From positions 3,632-67,631 of the forward strand of contig JANNLG010000091.1 of NCBI GenBank assembly GCA_031396695.1: 64,000 nt of DNA, given 5' to 3'. Below, one piece after another: positions 43,713 to 53,255 of this stretch. Source of the DNA: Deltaproteobacteria bacterium. Its GTDB lineage: Bacteria; Myxococcota_A; UBA9160; SZUA-336. A program made the position numbers and the translations under genes. Each line of letters starts with the position of its first letter. The stretch's first letter is position 1. The notes beneath the pieces were generated by a model. It did no database searches and was not told the DNA's origin. It saw only the letters and a program-made list of their open reading frames with translations.

Positions 43713-44891
43713 ATGGCGCTCCCGCTCTCGTACAGCTGGCGCAGCCTGATCGCACGCGGCACGCGCACGGCCTTCACGGTGGCGGTGATCGCGCTGGTCG
43801 TGATCGCGACCACGCTGTTCTGGAGCTTGATCGGCAGCCTGAAACGCACGCTCGTCTCGTCGGGCTCACCCGAGAACCTGGTGGTGATGCGCAAGGGCGC
43901 GACCAACGACGGCTCGAGCCAGCTCTCGCTCGAGTCGCTGCAGGCGATCCGCTTCTTCGAGGGCATCGCGCGTGACGCGCAGGGCAACCCGCTGATCTCG
44001 CCCGAGCTGGTGGTGCAACCGTTCTTCGCCACCTCGGACGGCGGGCGCGAGAACGTGCTGGTGCGCGGCGTCGAGCCCGTCGCGCTGCTCGTGCACGACG
44101 AGGTCGAGCTCGTCGAGGGCCGCATGTTCAACGCCTCGAGCGGCGAGGCGGTGGTCGGTCGCGGCGTGTCGAGGCGCTACGCGGGCGCGTCGCTCGGCTC
44201 GCAGATGAAATTCGGCCGCGGCACCTGGACAGTGGTCGGCATCCTGGAGTCGGGCGGCTCCTCGTTCGAGAGCGAGGTCTGGGTCGACGCGCGCGAGCTC
44301 GCCAACGACGCCAAGCGCACCCTGCCCTACTCGGGCTACCGCGTGCGCGTGGCGCCCGGCGCCGACATGGACGCACTGGCGCGGCGGATCGGCGACGACC
44401 CCCGCTTCGCACTCCAAGCCACGCGCGAGATCGACTACTACGAGAGCCTGTCGTCGGCCGCGAACACGCTCTACATCATCGTGATCGGGCTCGCGGTGCT
44501 GGCGGGCATCGGCGCGGTGTTCGGCGCGACCAACACCATGTACGCGGCGGTGCAGTCGCGCACCTCCGAGATCGGCACGCTGCGGGCGCTCGGCTTCTCG
44601 CGCGGCTCGATCCTGTTCTCGTTCCTGGCCGAGTCCGTGATGACCGCGCTGTTCGCGTTCGCGGTCGGCGCGCTCGGCGGCTGGGCGCTCGGGCTGTTGA
44701 TCTCGTGGTGGCTTGGCGGCATCGCGTTCGGCGCGGCGACCTTCACCACCAACGTGATCCAGCTCCGTGTCGCTCCCACCGATTTGCTGATGCCGCTCGC
44801 ATTGTCCGTCCTGATCGGCGTCTTCGGCGGTCTCGCGCCCGCGGCCCGCGCCGCGCGCATGCGGCCCGTCGACGCCCTGCGAAAGGCGTAG
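43713..44891 (+). CDS. ABC transporter permease, FtsX/MacB-like (copy 2)
   Basis: 392 aa from the ATG at 43713. Same architecture (SWRSLIARGTRTAFT..., and EIGTLRALGFSR in the FtsX domain). Confidence 0.85.
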   Translation: MALPLSYSWRSLIARGTRTAFTVAVIALVVIATTLFWSLIGSLKRTLVSSGSPENLVVMRKGATNDGSSQLSLESLQAIRFFEGIARDAQGNPLISPELVVQPFFATSDGGRENVLVRGVEPVALLVHDEVELVEGRMFNASSGEAVVGRGVSRRYAGASLGSQMKFGRGTWTVVGILESGGSSFESEVWVDARELANDAKRTLPYSGYRVRVAPGADMDALARRIGDDPRFALQATREIDYYESLSSAANTLYIIVIGLAVLAGIGAVFGATNTMYAAVQSRTSEIGTLRALGFSRGSILFSFLAESVMTALFAFAVGALGGWALGLLISWWLGGIAFGAATFTTNVIQLRVAPTDLLMPLALSVLIGVFGGLAPAARAARMRPVDALRKA

Positions 44892-44894
44892 AGC

Positions 44895-46106
44895 ATGGCA
44901 GCCGAGTCCCCACGAAACCTGCGCGACGATCTGCAAGCGCTGCGCATCGATCGCAGCGCGCCCGCCGCGAGACCGCCGAGCGGTCGGCGCAACCTGTACA
45001 TCGGCGTCGCTGCGGCGCTGGCGGTGGCGCTGCTCGGCGCGGGCGCCTGGTCGCTGATCGGCGGCGCGCGCGAGGTCGCGGTCGCCTATGCGAGCCGGAT
45101 CGAAGCCGGCGGATCGGCGCCGGCCGCGCCCGTGCTCTCCGGCTCCGGCTACGTCGTCACCGCCGACAAATACATCTCCGTCGGCACGCGCATTCCCGGA
45201 CGCATCGAGAAGTTCTTCGTCGACGAAGCGGACCGCGTGAAGGCAGGCGACCCACTGGTGCAGCTCGACGATCGCGACTACAGCGCAGCGCTCGAGAGCA
45301 CTCGCGCACGGCTGGCGGTGGTGAAGGCGAACGCGCAGCTCCACAAGCTCGAGGCCGCGCGTGCGGTGAAGCTGCGCGCCGAGAACTACGCCTCGCAGTC
45401 CGAGCTCGACACCGCCCAGACTCTGCTCCGTGTCGACCAGGCGCAGATCGCGCAGTTCGAGGCGGAGATCGCGCAGGCGCAGGTGAACCTGGACTACACC
45501 GTTCTGCGTGCACCGACCGACGGCGTGATCCTCGCCAAGTTGAAGGAGGTCGGCGAGATGGCGGTGCCCGGCGGCTTCGCCGGCTCCGGCGAGCTGATCC
45601 GGATGGCGAATCTGACCGAGCTGCGCGCCGAGGTCGACGTGTCCGAGGCCGATCTCGCGCGCGTGAAGCTCGGCCAGAAGGCACAGGTGGTTCCCGACGC
45701 GTACCCGGACAAGCGCTACGGCGCGTCGGTCGTGAAGCTCTACCCGCAGGTCAATCGTCAGAAGGGCACGCTCAAGATCGAAGTCTCGATCGAGAGTCCC
45801 GACCAGGCGCTCTTGCCCGACATGAGCGTGCGCATCCACTTTCTCGGCGACGACCAGTCGCCGCAGAGCGGCGGGCCGGCGCTGGTGCTCGCGCCGCGCG
45901 CCGCGATCCGCAGCGACGCCGGCGGCAGCTTCGCGTGGATCGTCTCCGACGGCCGGCTGCGCCGCCAGCCGCTGCGCACCGGCGCAGACCAGGGCGAGCA
46001 GGTCGTGGTGGTCGAGGGCCTATCCGGCGGCGAGGCACTCGTCGTCGGCGAGGCCGACGACCTGAAGGACGGCCAGCGCGTCGAAACCGCGACGGGCGCC
46101 TCCTAG
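44895..46106 (+). CDS. HlyD/MacA-family periplasmic adaptor
   Basis: 403 aa. N-terminal TM anchor, lipoyl motif (KAGDPLVQLDD), coiled-coil hairpin, and a beta-barrel C-terminal part. Confidence 0.85.
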   Translation: MAAESPRNLRDDLQALRIDRSAPAARPPSGRRNLYIGVAAALAVALLGAGAWSLIGGAREVAVAYASRIEAGGSAPAAPVLSGSGYVVTADKYISVGTRIPGRIEKFFVDEADRVKAGDPLVQLDDRDYSAALESTRARLAVVKANAQLHKLEAARAVKLRAENYASQSELDTAQTLLRVDQAQIAQFEAEIAQAQVNLDYTVLRAPTDGVILAKLKEVGEMAVPGGFAGSGELIRMANLTELRAEVDVSEADLARVKLGQKAQVVPDAYPDKRYGASVVKLYPQVNRQKGTLKIEVSIESPDQALLPDMSVRIHFLGDDQSPQSGGPALVLAPRAAIRSDAGGSFAWIVSDGRLRRQPLRTGADQGEQVVVVEGLSGGEALVVGEADDLKDGQRVETATGAS

Positions 46107-46381
46107 TCCTTGGGCTTGGCCTTGCCGTTGGTCCCCAGCGTGGTGCGCGCGTAGTCGCGCACGCGCGTCAGCAGCCGGCGCGCCCAGATGAACTCGGTCG
46201 CCAGAATCGCGAGCCCGGCCGGGATCACCACGAGCGCAGGTCCGGGCGCGACGATCATCACCACGCCGATCGCGAGCACGGTGCCGCCGACCACGAGCAC
46301 GACGAGCTTGCGCGCGCCGCGCACGAGCTGTGCCGCGATCGAGGCCTTGGGCTCGAGAAGCGGATCGGGCTCCTCAACCAT
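46103..46381 (-). CDS. PGPGW-motif small membrane protein
   Basis: 92 aa from the ATG at 46381. IVAPGPALVVIPAGLAILATEFIWARR matches the PGPGW-family two-TM hairpin. 8-nt overlap with the TerC stop. Confidence 0.65.
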   Translation of the reverse strand: MVEEPDPLLEPKASIAAQLVRGARKLVVLVVGGTVLAIGVVMIVAPGPALVVIPAGLAILATEFIWARRLLTRVRDYARTTLGTNGKAKPKD

Positions 46382-47084
46382 GCTGCGACAGGCGCGCGTC
46401 CGCGCGCGCGCGCGCCGCGCGTGCACGCCACCAGCCCAGCGCCGAAATGGACACGAACAGGCCGATCCGCAGCGGCAGGTTGATCGCGTCCGCGAGCTCC
46501 TCACCGATGTAGCTCCGGATCAGCGGGTCGTGCAACATGATGTTGCCCGCGATCTCGCCGAGCAGACCGCCGCCCAGCCAGATGATCCACGGGAAGCGGC
46601 CCATCATCTGCGCCAGGAAACCGCTGCCCCAGACCACCAGCGGGATCGACAGTGCGACCCCGAACGTGACCAGAAGCATGTCGCCCTCGGCCGCTCCGGT
46701 GATCGCGATGACGTTGTCGAGGCTCATGCTCACGTCCGCGACGATGATCACCCAGATGGCGTCGCGCAGGCTCGTGGCCTCGCGTCCGCCGGCGTGCTCC
46801 CCGCCTTCCTGCAGGATCAGCTTCAACGCGACCCAGATCAGCACCGCGCCCGCGACGAACTGCAGGAACGAAACGCCCATCAGCTGGCTCATGAACGCGA
46901 TGAAGATCAGCCGCAGGCCGACGGCGCCCGCGGTGCCCCAGAGCCGCCCGAGCAGCTGTTGGCGCGCCGGAAGCGTGCGCACGGCCAGGGCGATCACGAG
47001 CGCGTTGTCGCCCGCGAGCAGGAGGTCGATGCCGACGATCTTCAGCCAGCGGAGCCAGAAGTCGCCGGTGAAGATCTCTTCCAT
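46374..47084 (-). CDS. TerC-family integral membrane protein
   Basis: 236 aa. Duplicated DNxxV motif (LLAGDNALVIALA and SMSLDNVIAITGA). Confidence 0.85.
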   Translation of the reverse strand: MEEIFTGDFWLRWLKIVGIDLLLAGDNALVIALAVRTLPARQQLLGRLWGTAGAVGLRLIFIAFMSQLMGVSFLQFVAGAVLIWVALKLILQEGGEHAGGREATSLRDAIWVIIVADVSMSLDNVIAITGAAEGDMLLVTFGVALSIPLVVWGSGFLAQMMGRFPWIIWLGGGLLGEIAGNIMLHDPLIRSYIGEELADAINLPLRIGLFVSISALGWWRARAARARADARLSQHG

Positions 47085-47090
47085 GTCTGC

Positions 47091-48797
47091 TCATCCCTCC
47101 CGAAGCGCCGGCGCGCGTCGCAGCGCGTCGGCGAGGTCATCGAAGCTCGTGGCCCGCGCGACGGCTGCGCGCATCTCCGGATCCTGAAATGTCCGCGCGA
47201 TTTCCGCCAGCAGCTCGAGCTGGATCAGGTCGTCGTGCTCAGGGGTGACGACCAGCACGATGAAGCGCGCCAGCTCGCCGTCGGGCGCGCCGAAGTCCAC
47301 GCCGCCGCTCGACAAGCCCAGCGCGACGACCGGCGCCGACAGCCCTGGCATGCGCGCGTGGGGGATCGCGATGCCCTGCCCCACACCGGTGGGCATGATC
47401 GCCTCGCGGGCGAGCACCGCATCCGCGAGCACGGCCGGATCGAGGCCCGCGACCGGCGCGGTCGCCTGCGCCAGGCCGCGAATCGCCTCGGCGCGATCGG
47501 CGCCGAGCAGCGACGGCACGAACGTGCGCGGATCGAGGTGGGCGAGAAAAAGCCGGCGCATGCGGCGCCCGACGAGTCTTTTGAGCATCGGTCCGCTCAT
47601 CGCCGAGGTCGCGAGCGCCATCACTACGAGCGCCACGAACAGCTGCTCCGAGATGATTTCGTACTGCAGCGCGACGACCGCCATCGCCATCTCCATGGCG
47701 CCGCGCGCGTTCATGCCGAAGCCGATCGCCCAGGCTTCGCTCGGCGGCAGACCGCTCCAGCGCGCGGCCAGTCCGCAGCCGAGCACCTTGCCGATGCACG
47801 CGATCGCGAACACGAGCAACACCAGCCCCGGTTCGAAGTTCGCCACGAAGTCGACGCGCAGGCCAAGGCTGCCGAAGAACAGCGGCGCGAACACCACCGC
47901 GACCAGCCGTTCGAGCGCGATCAGCCGCCGCGGCGAAGTCTCGATCGTGCCGCCCATCACGACGCCGGCCAGGAACGCGCCCATCAGCGCGCCGTGCCCG
48001 ACGGACTCGGTCAGCGCCGCGGCGGCGAACGCTACGCAGACCACGAACGCGACCACGCCGCCGGCATCGGGCGCGCCGCGGTCGAGCCAGGCCAGCACGC
48101 GCAGCGCGAGCCTGCGCCCGACGGTGAGCGCGAGCCCGACCGACGCGATCGTGATCGCGATCTCGGTGCCGACGCCGACGAGACCCGGGCCCGCCTCGCG
48201 AAACAGTCCTACCACGAGCCCGAACAGTGTCCAGCCAATCAGATCGTCGAAGACGGCCGAGCCGATGATCAGCGCGCCGAGATCGGTGCGGTACAAGTCG
48301 AGGTCGACGAGCGTCTTCGCGATCACCGGCAGCGCCGAGATCGCGAGCGCCGTGCCCATGAACAGCGCGAACACGATCGGCTCGACGCCGCCCTCGGAGC
48401 CGAACGCGACCGGCCACACGTAGGCCGCGCCGAAGCCCGTCGCGAACGGAACCACGATACCCGCGACGCCCACCGCCGACGCGACGCGCAGGCGCGCGAG
48501 CAGGCGGCCGAGATCGACTTCGAGTCCCGCCACCGTCAGGAACAGGATGATCGAGACCAGCGTCAGCACCGTGAACGCGGTCGCCTGCGCGCCCGCCTGC
48601 GGGTAGAGCTGCGCGCACAGCTCGGGCGCGAAGCGGCCGAACAGCGTCGGCCCGAGTAGGATTCCGGCGAGCAACTCGCCCAGCACCGACGGCTGGCCGA
48701 TCCGGCGCGCGAGCGTGCCCAAGAGGCGCGCGGTGCCGAGCAAAAGGCTCAGCGCGAGCAGAAGCTGGGGCAGCTCACCGGGGGCTAGCGAGTTCAC
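47091..48797 (-). CDS. CPA2 cation:proton antiporter fused to a C-terminal PTS EIIA(Ntr)-type regulatory domain
   Basis: 568 aa. ~400-aa Na+/H+ exchanger membrane domain (GELLAGILLGP), then an EIIA-2-like domain with GIAIPHARM. Confidence 0.85.
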   Translation of the reverse strand: MNSLAPGELPQLLLALSLLLGTARLLGTLARRIGQPSVLGELLAGILLGPTLFGRFAPELCAQLYPQAGAQATAFTVLTLVSIILFLTVAGLEVDLGRLLARLRVASAVGVAGIVVPFATGFGAAYVWPVAFGSEGGVEPIVFALFMGTALAISALPVIAKTLVDLDLYRTDLGALIIGSAVFDDLIGWTLFGLVVGLFREAGPGLVGVGTEIAITIASVGLALTVGRRLALRVLAWLDRGAPDAGGVVAFVVCVAFAAAALTESVGHGALMGAFLAGVVMGGTIETSPRRLIALERLVAVVFAPLFFGSLGLRVDFVANFEPGLVLLVFAIACIGKVLGCGLAARWSGLPPSEAWAIGFGMNARGAMEMAMAVVALQYEIISEQLFVALVVMALATSAMSGPMLKRLVGRRMRRLFLAHLDPRTFVPSLLGADRAEAIRGLAQATAPVAGLDPAVLADAVLAREAIMPTGVGQGIAIPHARMPGLSAPVVALGLSSGGVDFGAPDGELARFIVLVVTPEHDDLIQLELLAEIARTFQDPEMRAAVARATSFDDLADALRRAPALREG

Positions 48798-48828
48798 GAG
48801 CTAGAGCTCGGGCCGCGCGCTCGTCGGC

Positions 48829-49968
48829 TCAGCGCTCGTCGATCGGGGTGTAGACCTCCCCCTTGGGTCCGACGTAGCTCCCGCGCGGGCGGTAGATGCG
48901 GTTGTTCTGGTACTGCTCGAGCACGTGCGCGCACCAGCCGGCGATGCGGCTGGTCGCGAACACGGGCGTGAACAGGTCGATCGGGATGCCCATGCTGTAG
49001 TAGACCGACGCCGAGTAGAAGTCGACGTTGCAGATCAGGCCCTTGCGCTGACCCATCAGCTCTTCGAGCCGCGCGCTCATCTCGTACAGCTCCGGGTGCC
49101 CGGTCTCGCGCGTGATGTCCTTGCTCATCGCCTTCAGGATCTTCGCGCGCGGATCGCCCTCTTTGTACACGCGGTGACCGAAGCCCATGATCTTCTCGCC
49201 CGACGCGAGCGCCGCTTCGAGCCAGGCCTCGAGCCGGTCGGGCGATTTGATCTCGAGCAGCATGCGCGCCACCTGCTCGTTCGCGCCGCCGTGCAGCGGG
49301 CCCTTCAACGTGCCGATCGCGGCCATCACGCTCGAGTAGATTCCCGACAGCGTGCTCGATGTGACGCGCGCCGAGAACGCCGACGCATTCAGCTCGTGAT
49401 CTGCGTGCAGGATCAGACAGGTGTCGAAGCGCTCGACTTCCTTCGCGTCGGGCTCCTCGCCCTTCAGCATGTACAGGAAGTTCCAGGCGATCGACTTGTC
49501 GGGCAGCGGCTGCAGCGGCCATTGCCCGCTGCGCACGCGCTGGTAGGCGGTGACGATCGTGCCGACGCGCGCGGCGAGCCGCGTCGACTTGCGCAGCGTC
49601 GCCGCCGCGTTCACGAGGTTCGCGTCGGGATCGTGCAGTGTGAGCCCAGCGATCACGGCGTGCAGGAAGTCCATCGGATGCACGCGGGTCGGCAGGCCGT
49701 GGAACCAGCCGAAACTCTCCGGAGGCAGCGCCATGCTGTGGTGCAGGTCGGTCGAGAATTCCTCGAGCTCACGGCGTGTCGGCAGCCAGCCGTACCAGAG
49801 CAGGTAGACGACCTCTTCGAAGGTCGCGTGCGCGGCGAGATCCTCGATCGTGAAGCCACGGTAGAGCAGCGTCGTGCCTTCGATGGTGCTGATCGACGTG
49901 GTCGCGGTGACAACGCCTTCGAGGCCGCGGTCGATGGCGCCGCTGTACTCCGGGACTGGCTCGCTCAC
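48829..49968 (-). CDS. gltA: Citrate synthase (type I-size; a 2-methylcitrate synthase is not excluded)
   Basis: 379 aa from the GTG at 49968 (GGGGAGA RBS). Motifs: LILHADHELNAS, GPLHGGAN, GFGHRVYK. The extended 635-aa ORF in the track is rejected. Confidence 0.9.
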   Translation of the reverse strand: MSEPVPEYSGAIDRGLEGVVTATTSISTIEGTTLLYRGFTIEDLAAHATFEEVVYLLWYGWLPTRRELEEFSTDLHHSMALPPESFGWFHGLPTRVHPMDFLHAVIAGLTLHDPDANLVNAAATLRKSTRLAARVGTIVTAYQRVRSGQWPLQPLPDKSIAWNFLYMLKGEEPDAKEVERFDTCLILHADHELNASAFSARVTSSTLSGIYSSVMAAIGTLKGPLHGGANEQVARMLLEIKSPDRLEAWLEAALASGEKIMGFGHRVYKEGDPRAKILKAMSKDITRETGHPELYEMSARLEELMGQRKGLICNVDFYSASVYYSMGIPIDLFTPVFATSRIAGWCAHVLEQYQNNRIYRPRGSYVGPKGEVYTPIDER

Positions 49969-50540
49969 GTTCGTCTCCCCTGCCGGCTCGCCTCTCGACC
50001 CCCGTTCGTATGAGACCGCAATCCCCGCTTGGCCGCCAGCTTCGCGTCGATGCGCCGCTGCAGGTACGGAGAGAAGTGACCGCGGTACCTTTTCCAGAGC
50101 TCCGGCCGGCTCCAGTCTTCGCCGGTGATCCGGCCCCGACACTCGGGCGCGCCACAGCCGCAGTTGAACTGATCGTACGGCGAGCCGTCGCTCATCGCGT
50201 AGTCGAAGCAGACTTCCTCGCCCGGCTCGAGCCGGCGCAGCGCGACCAGCGCGATCTGACCCGACAGCCCGCAGTTCGGCTGGCACGAGTGATTCACCCA
50301 GTCGGCCGGCCCGTCCTGCGCCGAGACCAGGTACAGATCCTCTTCGACCTGGATCGTGAGCAGCCGCTCCGCGGGGGTGAGCGCGTCGAGACCCGACGCG
50401 TGCACGGCCTCGCCGCCCCAGACGACGACCAGCTCGCCCGCCGCGACCGGCTCGCGCACGACCAATGTGCGTCCACCCTTGCCGTTGATTTGCCGAGGCT
50501 GAAGCTTCGGAGAGTGATACGACGTCGGGTGGTCGGCCAT
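49965..50540 (-). CDS. SET-domain protein (putative protein-lysine methyltransferase) with Cys-rich post-SET segment
   Basis: 191 aa. NHSCQPN, FDY and CGCGAPECRG motifs. GTGA overlap of its stop with the citrate synthase start. Confidence 0.8.
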   Translation of the reverse strand: MADHPTSYHSPKLQPRQINGKGGRTLVVREPVAAGELVVVWGGEAVHASGLDALTPAERLLTIQVEEDLYLVSAQDGPADWVNHSCQPNCGLSGQIALVALRRLEPGEEVCFDYAMSDGSPYDQFNCGCGAPECRGRITGEDWSRPELWKRYRGHFSPYLQRRIDAKLAAKRGLRSHTNGGREASRQGRRT

Positions 50541-50596
50541 GAGCGAATCGTAGAAGAACCTCGCAGCTGCGCGCCAGTGCGTGCGAGAATCTTTGC

Positions 50597-51364
50597 ATGA
50601 GCTCTGCGCTCGACGACCTGAGCGAGGTGGCCGGTTGGATCGCGGAGTCCCGGCGCGTCGTGGTGCTGACCGGCGCCGGCATCTCGACCGAGTCGGGAAT
50701 TCCCGACTTCCGCGGGCCCCAGGGCGTGTGGACCAAGAATCCGGGCGCCGAGAAAATGGCGACGCTTTCCCACTACGTCGCCGACCCGGAGGTGCGCCGG
50801 CGCGCGTGGCGCAGTCGCCTCGAGTCGCCGGCGTGGCAGGCGAAACCCAACGCGGGTCACCAGGCGTTGGTCGCGCTCGAGCGGAGCGGTCGCCTGCACA
50901 CGCTGATCACGCAGAACGTCGACGGCCTGCACCAGGCCGCCGGCTCGTCGCCGTCGCTCGTGGTCGAGATCCACGGCACGCTGCACGAGGTCACGTGTCT
51001 GGACTGCGGCGAGCGCGCGCCCATGGAGCGAGCGCTCGCGCGCGTGCGCGCCGGCGAGGACGACCCGGCCTGCCGGAGCTGCGGGGGAATCCTGAAGTCG
51101 GCCACTATCTCGTTCGGTCAGAACCTGGTGTCGCGCGATCTCGAGCGCGCGGAGCGGGCGGCGCACGAGTGCGACCTGCTGCTCGCGGTGGGCAGCACCC
51201 TGTCGGTGTTTCCGATCGCCAACGTCGTGCCGGTCGCCAAGCGCGCGGGTGCGCGGGTGGTGATCGTGAACGCGCAGCCGACCGAGATGGACGAGCTGGC
51301 CGACGCGCTGATCCGCGGTCCGATCGGCGAGATCCTGCCGGTGCTCGTGAACGCCCCGAGCTAG
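50597..51364 (+). CDS. cobB: NAD-dependent protein deacylase (Sir2/CobB family)
   Basis: 255 aa. GAGISTESGIPDFRG, QNVDGLH, Zn ribbon CLDCG...CRSCGG, catalytic His in EIHGTL. Confidence 0.9.
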   Translation: MSSALDDLSEVAGWIAESRRVVVLTGAGISTESGIPDFRGPQGVWTKNPGAEKMATLSHYVADPEVRRRAWRSRLESPAWQAKPNAGHQALVALERSGRLHTLITQNVDGLHQAAGSSPSLVVEIHGTLHEVTCLDCGERAPMERALARVRAGEDDPACRSCGGILKSATISFGQNLVSRDLERAERAAHECDLLLAVGSTLSVFPIANVVPVAKRAGARVVIVNAQPTEMDELADALIRGPIGEILPVLVNAPS

Positions 51365-51374
51365 AGTCGGCGCG

Positions 51375-52448
51375 GTGATCGCACTCGAAGTCAGCTCGGC
51401 CGCGGGCAAGCCGCCGTTCGGTGGCGTGGGCGGCACGATCCGCGCGCTGGCCGGCGAGCTGCTGGCGCAGGACCGCGAGACCGAATACGCGCTCTGCAAC
51501 CGCTTCGGCCGCTGGCGGCGCGGAGACCTGTGGCGGCCGCAGGCCGAGAACGCGCGCGTGCGCGTGTTGATCGATCCGTTGAACGGCTGGATCCTGCGCG
51601 GCGCGCGGCTCCTGCACTCGATGGCCGTGTACCTGCCGCGCACGCCGCGCATCACCAAGCTGGTCACGATCCACGACCTGAACGCGGTGCGGAACGTGGA
51701 GTGGGTCACTCAGTCCTGGCACGAGAAGCGCAGCGGGAAGATCGCGCTCGCCGTCTCGCGCGCGGATCACGTGATGACCTACAGCGCCTTCACCGCCAAC
51801 GAGATCCGCGAGCAGTACGCGTTTCCCGCCGAATGCGTGCACCCCGTTCTGCTCGGCGTCGATTGCGAGCGCTTCGCGCCGACCGCGCCCGAGCTCGTGG
51901 CCGGCCTGCGCGCGAAGCACGGCGACTACGTGATCGCGATCGGCCTGCTCACCGCGCGCAAGAACTTCGTCACGCTGATCGAGGCGATGGCGCGCCTGCC
52001 CGAGCTGCGGCTGGTGCTGGTCGGTCGCGGCAGCGACGGCGAGGCCGAGGTCGAGGCTGCGCTCGATCGCACCGGCATGCGCGCGCGCACGCTGCGCATG
52101 ACGGGCGTGCCGGAGCCGGAGCTGGTGGCTCTGATCGGCGCCGCGCGCGTCTGCGCCGTGCCGAGCCTGTACGAGGGCTTCGGACTGACCACGCTCGAGG
52201 CGATGGCCTGCGGGACGCCGGTCGTGTGCTCGAACGCGGCCTCGCTGCCCGAGGCGGCCGGCGACGCGGCGCTGCTGGTCGATGCGCGCCGAGGCGACGA
52301 GCTCGAGGCGGCACTGCGCCGGGTCGTGTTCGATTCCGCGCTCGCGGCGGACCTGCGCGCGCGCGGGCTCGCGCACGCGCGCGCGATGTCGTGGGCGGCC
52401 TCCGCGCGCCGGCTGCGCGCGATCTACCGCGCGATCGCCGACGTCTAG
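51375..52448 (+). CDS. Glycosyltransferase family 4 (GT-B, GT1-type)
   Basis: 357 aa. C-terminal EGFGLTTLEAMACGTPVV motif. GTG start. Confidence 0.85.
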   Translation: MIALEVSSAAGKPPFGGVGGTIRALAGELLAQDRETEYALCNRFGRWRRGDLWRPQAENARVRVLIDPLNGWILRGARLLHSMAVYLPRTPRITKLVTIHDLNAVRNVEWVTQSWHEKRSGKIALAVSRADHVMTYSAFTANEIREQYAFPAECVHPVLLGVDCERFAPTAPELVAGLRAKHGDYVIAIGLLTARKNFVTLIEAMARLPELRLVLVGRGSDGEAEVEAALDRTGMRARTLRMTGVPEPELVALIGAARVCAVPSLYEGFGLTTLEAMACGTPVVCSNAASLPEAAGDAALLVDARRGDELEAALRRVVFDSALAADLRARGLAHARAMSWAASARRLRAIYRAIADV

Positions 52449-52458
52449 ACGCGCGGAC

Positions 52459-53253
52459 TCACGAGCGCGCGCCGATCCGATTGCCCGAGGCGTAGCGCAC
52501 GAGACCGCGCTCGAACACGAAAATCGCGAGCAGCGTCCAGCCCAACGACGCGGCCAGGGCTGCCGCCGCGAGCGCGAGGCTCGGCGCGCGCACCAGCTCC
52601 GCCGGTAGGAAGCCGACGAAGCCCGCCGGCACGACGGTGTAGAGCAGGACGCTGACCCCGCCCGAGAACAGCGGCCGCGGATAGGTGCTGAAGACCAGCG
52701 TGAACTCGGAGATCTGCCGCGCGAACGTCTCCATGCCGTCGATCCAGAACGAGAGGCTTTGCAGCAGCACGCCGCTGGCCGTGAACACGCAGGCGCTCGA
52801 GGCCACCGCGAGCCCGGTGGCCGCGAGCGACGCGGGCTCGAGCGCGCCCGCGAGCCCGAGCATGACCGCGCCGCTCGCCATGTCGCCCCAGCCCGAAGCG
52901 ATCGTGTGTGACGCGAGCCGGTGCAGCAGCACCGGCTTGGGCTGGACCAGGCACGAGTCGAGCTCGCCGTCGTGGATCGCGCGGCCCAGGTCGCGCACCC
53001 CGCCCGCCAGCACGATCGACGCGCCGTAGCCCGACGCGACCACACCGAAGAGCGTCAGCACGTCGAGCAGACGCCAGCCGCCGATCTCGGGGAAGCGCTC
53101 GAACAAGAGCCACCAGACCGAGAAGAACGCCGCGTTGTTGAGCGCCATGAAGCTGGCTTGCAACCAGAAGGCGCCGCGCAGCGCCAGGCTCGAACGCAGG
53201 TTCATGGCCACGAGCGCGCGCGCGAAGCGGAGCGTGCCGGCGAGTCGCGACAT
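52459..53253 (-). CDS. ABC-2-type transporter permease
   Basis: 264 aa from the ATG at 53253, with six predicted TM segments. Second of two tandem permeases downstream of the ATPase. Confidence 0.7.
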   Translation of the reverse strand: MSRLAGTLRFARALVAMNLRSSLALRGAFWLQASFMALNNAAFFSVWWLLFERFPEIGGWRLLDVLTLFGVVASGYGASIVLAGGVRDLGRAIHDGELDSCLVQPKPVLLHRLASHTIASGWGDMASGAVMLGLAGALEPASLAATGLAVASSACVFTASGVLLQSLSFWIDGMETFARQISEFTLVFSTYPRPLFSGGVSVLLYTVVPAGFVGFLPAELVRAPSLALAAAALAASLGWTLLAIFVFERGLVRYASGNRIGARS

Positions 53254-53255
53254 CG

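Noticed and set aside
50597-51364. The Sir2 gene as a possible anti-phage SIR2 defence effector.
   Set aside because: It has the full sirtuin deacylase signature: GAGIS..GIPDFRG, QNVDGLH, the catalytic His and a CxxC...CxxC Zn ribbon. It is CobB-sized and has no partner typical of defence systems (no HerA, TIR, pAgo, Thoeris or DSR-like domains nearby).
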